Source of the DNA: Oligoflexales bacterium
Lineage (GTDB): Bacteria; Bdellovibrionota_B; Oligoflexia; Oligoflexales; Bog-1112
Direction: 5' to 3'
DNA length: 20,444 bases
Assembly (NCBI GenBank): GCA_045105515.1
Contig: JBGCDR010000204.1
Location: 1 to 20,444, forward strand
Shown here: positions 16,734-20,444 of the stretch, one piece after another
Position numbering within the stretch: position 1 is the stretch's first letter
Layout: every line of letters begins with the position of its first letter
Notes under the pieces: model-generated
What the model was told of the DNA's origin: nothing
What the model saw: only the letters and a program-made list of their open reading frames with translations
Database searches by the model: none
Translations under genes and position numbers: made by a program

Positions 16734-18137
16734 ATGGAGTTTATAGGTCAGCATCAATTTTCCTGGGAAGACCAACTTTGGTTTGCGAATCTTAGTGGTG
16801 ATTTTAATCCGTTGCATGTCGACCAACACTGGGCGCGTAGATCAATAGCAGGGGAGCCTGTATTACATGGTATTCATGGAGTCTTAGTAGCTTTATATAA
16901 GGTGATGGAAAAGGTTAGTTCATGCACTATTCAAAGTATTGAGTGCTCTTTTTTAGAATATATTACCATTGGTCAGATGGTAGACTTCTACTATGTTATA
17001 GAAGAATCTAAACTCAGAATCTTAATTAAAACAACAGACAGAACCTATACCCGTATTTCATGTTTATTGGGTAGGAGAAAAAAAGATAATTACAATGTAG
17101 AGACCTCCATTAAGCCAAGAAGGCCACCAAAAAAACAAGTGCTAGACTGCACTTTCGATGATCTGAAGAAAAATTTGGGTATTTTCTTCTCTGGTTTCGA
17201 TGAAATCGAGGTAAGTAAGCTATATCCCGGCCTGTCAGAAAAATATGAGCCAGAATTAATAGGTGCCTTGATTAATTTGTCAGCACTTGTTGGAATGGAC
17301 TGCCCAGGCAAAAATGCACTTTTCAAAGGGTTTAAGATTAGGCTTAAGAATAAAGGGCAATCAGGTAATAAGTCGAAATGGTGGGTCAAGCGAGCAGCTT
17401 TTCCTTTACTTGTTGTACAGATAGATAGTGATGTTGCCGAAGGAACAGTTTCAAGCTTTTACATTGAGAACTGTACTGATCAGATAGGTATGAATGAGCT
17501 TACCTACCGGGTAGGAAGGCATGAATTTGCTCATCAACGAGCTTTAATAATCGGTGGATCTCGTGGCTTAGGTGAATTGACTGCAAAAATCATAGCCGCT
17601 GGAGGCGGGAGGCCCTGCATCACTTGGTGTCACGGTCAACTAGAGGCTTTAAAAGTCAGTAATGAAATTAAGCAGAGTGGATTTTATTGTAAACAAGCGC
17701 AACTTGACATTGATAATTTAGATACGTGTATTTCTAATTCTGGAAATTTTGGGAATCCTACTCATATCTATTACTTTGCTAGTCCAAAGATATCTGCAAG
17801 GCAAGAATATGAAACATACGCGCGTTACTATGTATCTAGCTTTAAAAAAGTAGTTCTACATTTCTTAGAGATTTCAGGTACAAGAAATGTCTTTTATCCT
17901 TCAACAATTTTTATTGGCCAGTGTCCGAAAGGACTAGAGGCTTATGCAGAAGCTAAGCATCAAGGTGAATTGCTCTGTGAAAATATGAGTGAGACAAGTG
18001 AAATACTCGCATTTTCTGCGCGGTTACCTAAGCTGCGAACAGATCAAAATATTGGACTAATCCGTGAGGATTTCCCGGACAGTGCAAACACTATGCTTTC
18101 TCATATCAGGGAATTTAACTCTGTCTCTCAATTCTAA
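16734..18137 (+). CDS. MaoC-type hot-dog dehydratase fused to SDR/ketoreductase
   Basis: N-terminal FANLSGDFNPLHVD...VLHG hydratase-2 motif. C-terminal IIGGSRGLG, YPST and YAEAK. Start set at ATG 16734, 4 nt after the upstream stop. Confidence 0.82.
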   Translation: MEFIGQHQFSWEDQLWFANLSGDFNPLHVDQHWARRSIAGEPVLHGIHGVLVALYKVMEKVSSCTIQSIECSFLEYITIGQMVDFYYVIEESKLRILIKTTDRTYTRISCLLGRRKKDNYNVETSIKPRRPPKKQVLDCTFDDLKKNLGIFFSGFDEIEVSKLYPGLSEKYEPELIGALINLSALVGMDCPGKNALFKGFKIRLKNKGQSGNKSKWWVKRAAFPLLVVQIDSDVAEGTVSSFYIENCTDQIGMNELTYRVGRHEFAHQRALIIGGSRGLGELTAKIIAAGGGRPCITWCHGQLEALKVSNEIKQSGFYCKQAQLDIDNLDTCISNSGNFGNPTHIYYFASPKISARQEYETYARYYVSSFKKVVLHFLEISGTRNVFYPSTIFIGQCPKGLEAYAEAKHQGELLCENMSETSEILAFSARLPKLRTDQNIGLIREDFPDSANTMLSHIREFNSVSQF

Positions 18138-18151
18138 GTCAATGTTTGAAG

Positions 18152-19596
18152 TTAGGTCATAGGTTGGTATAGTGAAGTATATCTGATACTATTCCTGCCA
18201 TCTAATGGGCGAAATTTTTTTGCATCATTCGCAACTCGTTCACTTGCTTCTGCGTAGATCTCATTATCATTAATCAAATCTGATAGATAGTTTCGATAAT
18301 CTTTTTCTGAATTAGCAACATAAGTAGAATCTAAATATGAGAATTCTTCAACTTCATTGATAAGTTTGACATTGATAGATATCACATTAGCATGGGGAGC
18401 CCAAAAGCAGATGGAAGAACCATAGGAAACTAATATATCGCAAAAAGGCAGAATGCAGCTGGATTTCTTTTTGGTTATTATGATGTCATACTGTTTTTCA
18501 AGAAATAAATAGTCAATAATATCCATTTTTGGATGTAACAAAATAATTATGTTAGCATCGAGATCCAATGCTGGTTTTAGTAGTTTATTATTCCAAGACC
18601 AATGTTCATCCCAAGTTTCTACAATATTGTGTTCCTAATAATTTGCTAAAGCTATGGCTATAATTTTTTTTCCGTTATTGATATTGTGCTCTAATCGAAA
18701 GTTAAGATTGCTATTGGATATTTTAGCATTATACATTTCATCTCTTTCTACATGGCCAACAATTTTAACTTTGTTGTAGTCTACGCCATCTTTTATAGCC
18801 CTTTCTCTTGAGTGTTAATCTTCAACGCATAAGATGTCTGCGAAATTAAGGCCGCGAATCCAAGGGTGTTTTGGAAGTGTACCTAAAAAATACATGGCCA
18901 AAATTTCATGAGGAAGAAAAAATAAACAAGAATTATGTTCTAATACTTGGTTGGGCATTAATTTAGCTATTAGTCTATTTATGTATGGACTTTTCGGGTT
19001 TTGAGAAGAAATGATGGGCCGTGTTCTGCGGTTATAGCATACCGATTGCGTAAAAAATGCCGCGTATATTACAATGATTTGACACTTTAATTTTTTTGCT
19101 GTGCTGTATAGTGATGCAATAGGTCCCCCGACAGTATCGACATAAGTATAAATAGCGGTGACATTGTTGTACTTAATAAGCAGGTGAGCATATGCAAGGA
19201 AAAGAAAATCTTGGATGATTTGACTAACTGTGTTTATGCAAACCGTAAGAGATAGATTTCTGAACTTTTCGGGAAGACGGTCTATTAAACTACTTAATCT
19301 TGAGTTAATATATGCACTAATTTTTAATGGAAAAAATAGCAAATAGAAGAGTGTTAGGAAAATATTAGGATTTTTTATGTCAAATTTAATAGATGATGGT
19401 GATATATTCCAGCTAAAATATATCCATTCAATTTTTTTTTGTCACACCATTCTGAATTTCTTAGTGTCAACTAGGTAAGAACCATGACAGGTTTCTGCCT
19501 AGACCTTGCCATTGATTCAGATATTTTAGCTAAAGATTGAAATGCTGTTTGATTCAATGCCAGCATTAAGCAGCTTTTTTGTTTAGAATTATTCAT
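18152..19596 (-). pseudogene. Disrupted ~480-codon GT-B-like surface-polysaccharide protein
   Basis: ATG 19596 behind GAGGA. TAG at 19471-19473, frameshift at the A9 run 19432-19440, then in-frame TAA 18815-18817 and TAG 18635-18637. ORFs 18815..19342 and 18152..18568 are in the same frame and the linker translates sensibly (KVKIVGHVERD, KKIIAIAL). Confidence 0.75.
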
Positions 19597-19602
19597 TTAT
19601 CC

Positions 19603-20350
19603 TCAAACCATCCCTTTGGCTAACCAACCGCCATCTACTATTAGATCAGAGCCGGTAATATATGACGAAGCTGGGCTTCCTAAAAACAGTGCAACACCGA
19701 TGAGGTCTTCACATACTCCTATTAAGTATTGTATTGCTTTCACGTTGAGATTTTAGATGAGGATCCATGAAGCTTGCGCTAGTCATGTCAGTCTGAATAT
19801 ATCCAGGAACTAAGTTATTGACTCTAATACCATACCTTCCTAGGTCTACAGCAAACGATTTTGTTAGCATTTTAAGAGCACTCTTTGAAGATACATAGCT
19901 CGGATTGCCAGGAAAACCTGCATCTTGAGCTATGCTCGTAATATTTATGATGGATCCATACCCAAATTCAATCATAGGCTGCTTTATTAAATTAGTTATA
20001 ACAAACGAGGATTCGACATTTATTTTATGGGTTGATACAAAATCATCCAACATTTTTTCAGTAAAAGTATCTTCCCGAGATGGTATTGTTACTCCTGCAG
20101 CATGGATGAAAATTTCTATGTTGATTCTATCTGCTAGGATTTTATTTATTTGAGATATTATTGATTCTGTATCATGTAGATCTACGTTAAGGAACTTTAT
20201 TCCATGAGAATTTTCTGGAGTTCCTCTGGCTATCCCTAAAACATTAGCACCTGCATCAACATAGGCCTTTGCAATTGAAAAACCAATACCTCGAGATGCT
20301 CCAGTAATTAGTGTCTGGTCGGAAACTAAATTCTTGCCTTTGCAACTCAG
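19603..20350 (-). pseudogene. Disrupted SDR oxidoreductase
   Basis: Frame open from 20350 through LITGASRGIG, HAAG and YVSSK, but with no ATG/GTG/TTG before the Rossmann motif (in-frame TAA at 20357-20359). Frameshift near 19720; the conserved tail EDLIGVALFLGSPASSYITGSDLIVDGGWLAKGMV* lies in another frame, ending TGA 19603-19605. Confidence 0.82.
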
Positions 20351-20444
20351 TTTTTTTTATCGCGGTTGAAATTAATTTTAAAAACTCTTCTTATTTTCCA
20401 GTGATAAGTGAAAAATACCATATTTTCGGCAATTAAATATCTTC

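Noticed and set aside
630..17389. Short antisense or overlapping ORFs in the track (e.g. 630..821, 3792..4016, 8517..8840, 9057..9404, 13571..13804, 17090..17389)
   Set aside because: They are shadows of well-supported genes and carry no motifs of their own.
13718..18137. Polyketide or NRPS secondary-metabolite cluster
   Set aside because: No ketosynthase, adenylation or condensation domains; all neighbours are glycan genes.
19432..19440. Active phase-variation tract (A9)
   Set aside because: Three additional nonsense codons mean slippage alone cannot restore the gene.
18635..19473. Stop-codon reassignment or readthrough as the explanation for in-frame TAG/TAA
   Set aside because: TAG and TAA terminate many intact genes in this window, and frameshifts co-occur with the stops, so decay or sequence error is simpler.
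1..20444. CRISPR arrays, tRNA/rRNA genes, intact transposases or integrases, long repeats
   Set aside because: None recognised by eye; intergenic spaces are short and non-repetitive.

Overview
AT-rich bacterial surface-glycan (LPS, capsule or glycoprotein) biosynthesis island with about 16 intact genes in seven alternating strand blocks. The left half encodes an ulosonic-acid pathway: a short NeuB-type synthase translationally coupled to a GmhA(SIS)-KdsC(HAD) fusion, a NeuA-type CMP-transferase, two SDRs, a TIM-barrel epimerase, a class III aminotransferase and a VOC protein. The middle holds a PglK/Wzk-like ABC transporter, two orphan GT-B-like proteins and a polysaccharide deacetylase. The right half holds an ACP / FkbH / GNAT-like / MaoC-SDR acyl-supply cassette. 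The last 2.3 kb is a decaying minus-strand unit: a GT-B-like pseudogene (three nonsense codons plus one frameshift) and an SDR pseudogene (frameshifted, no canonical start). No RNA genes, CRISPR arrays or intact transposases were seen. All family calls come from motif recognition by eye; no database search was run.
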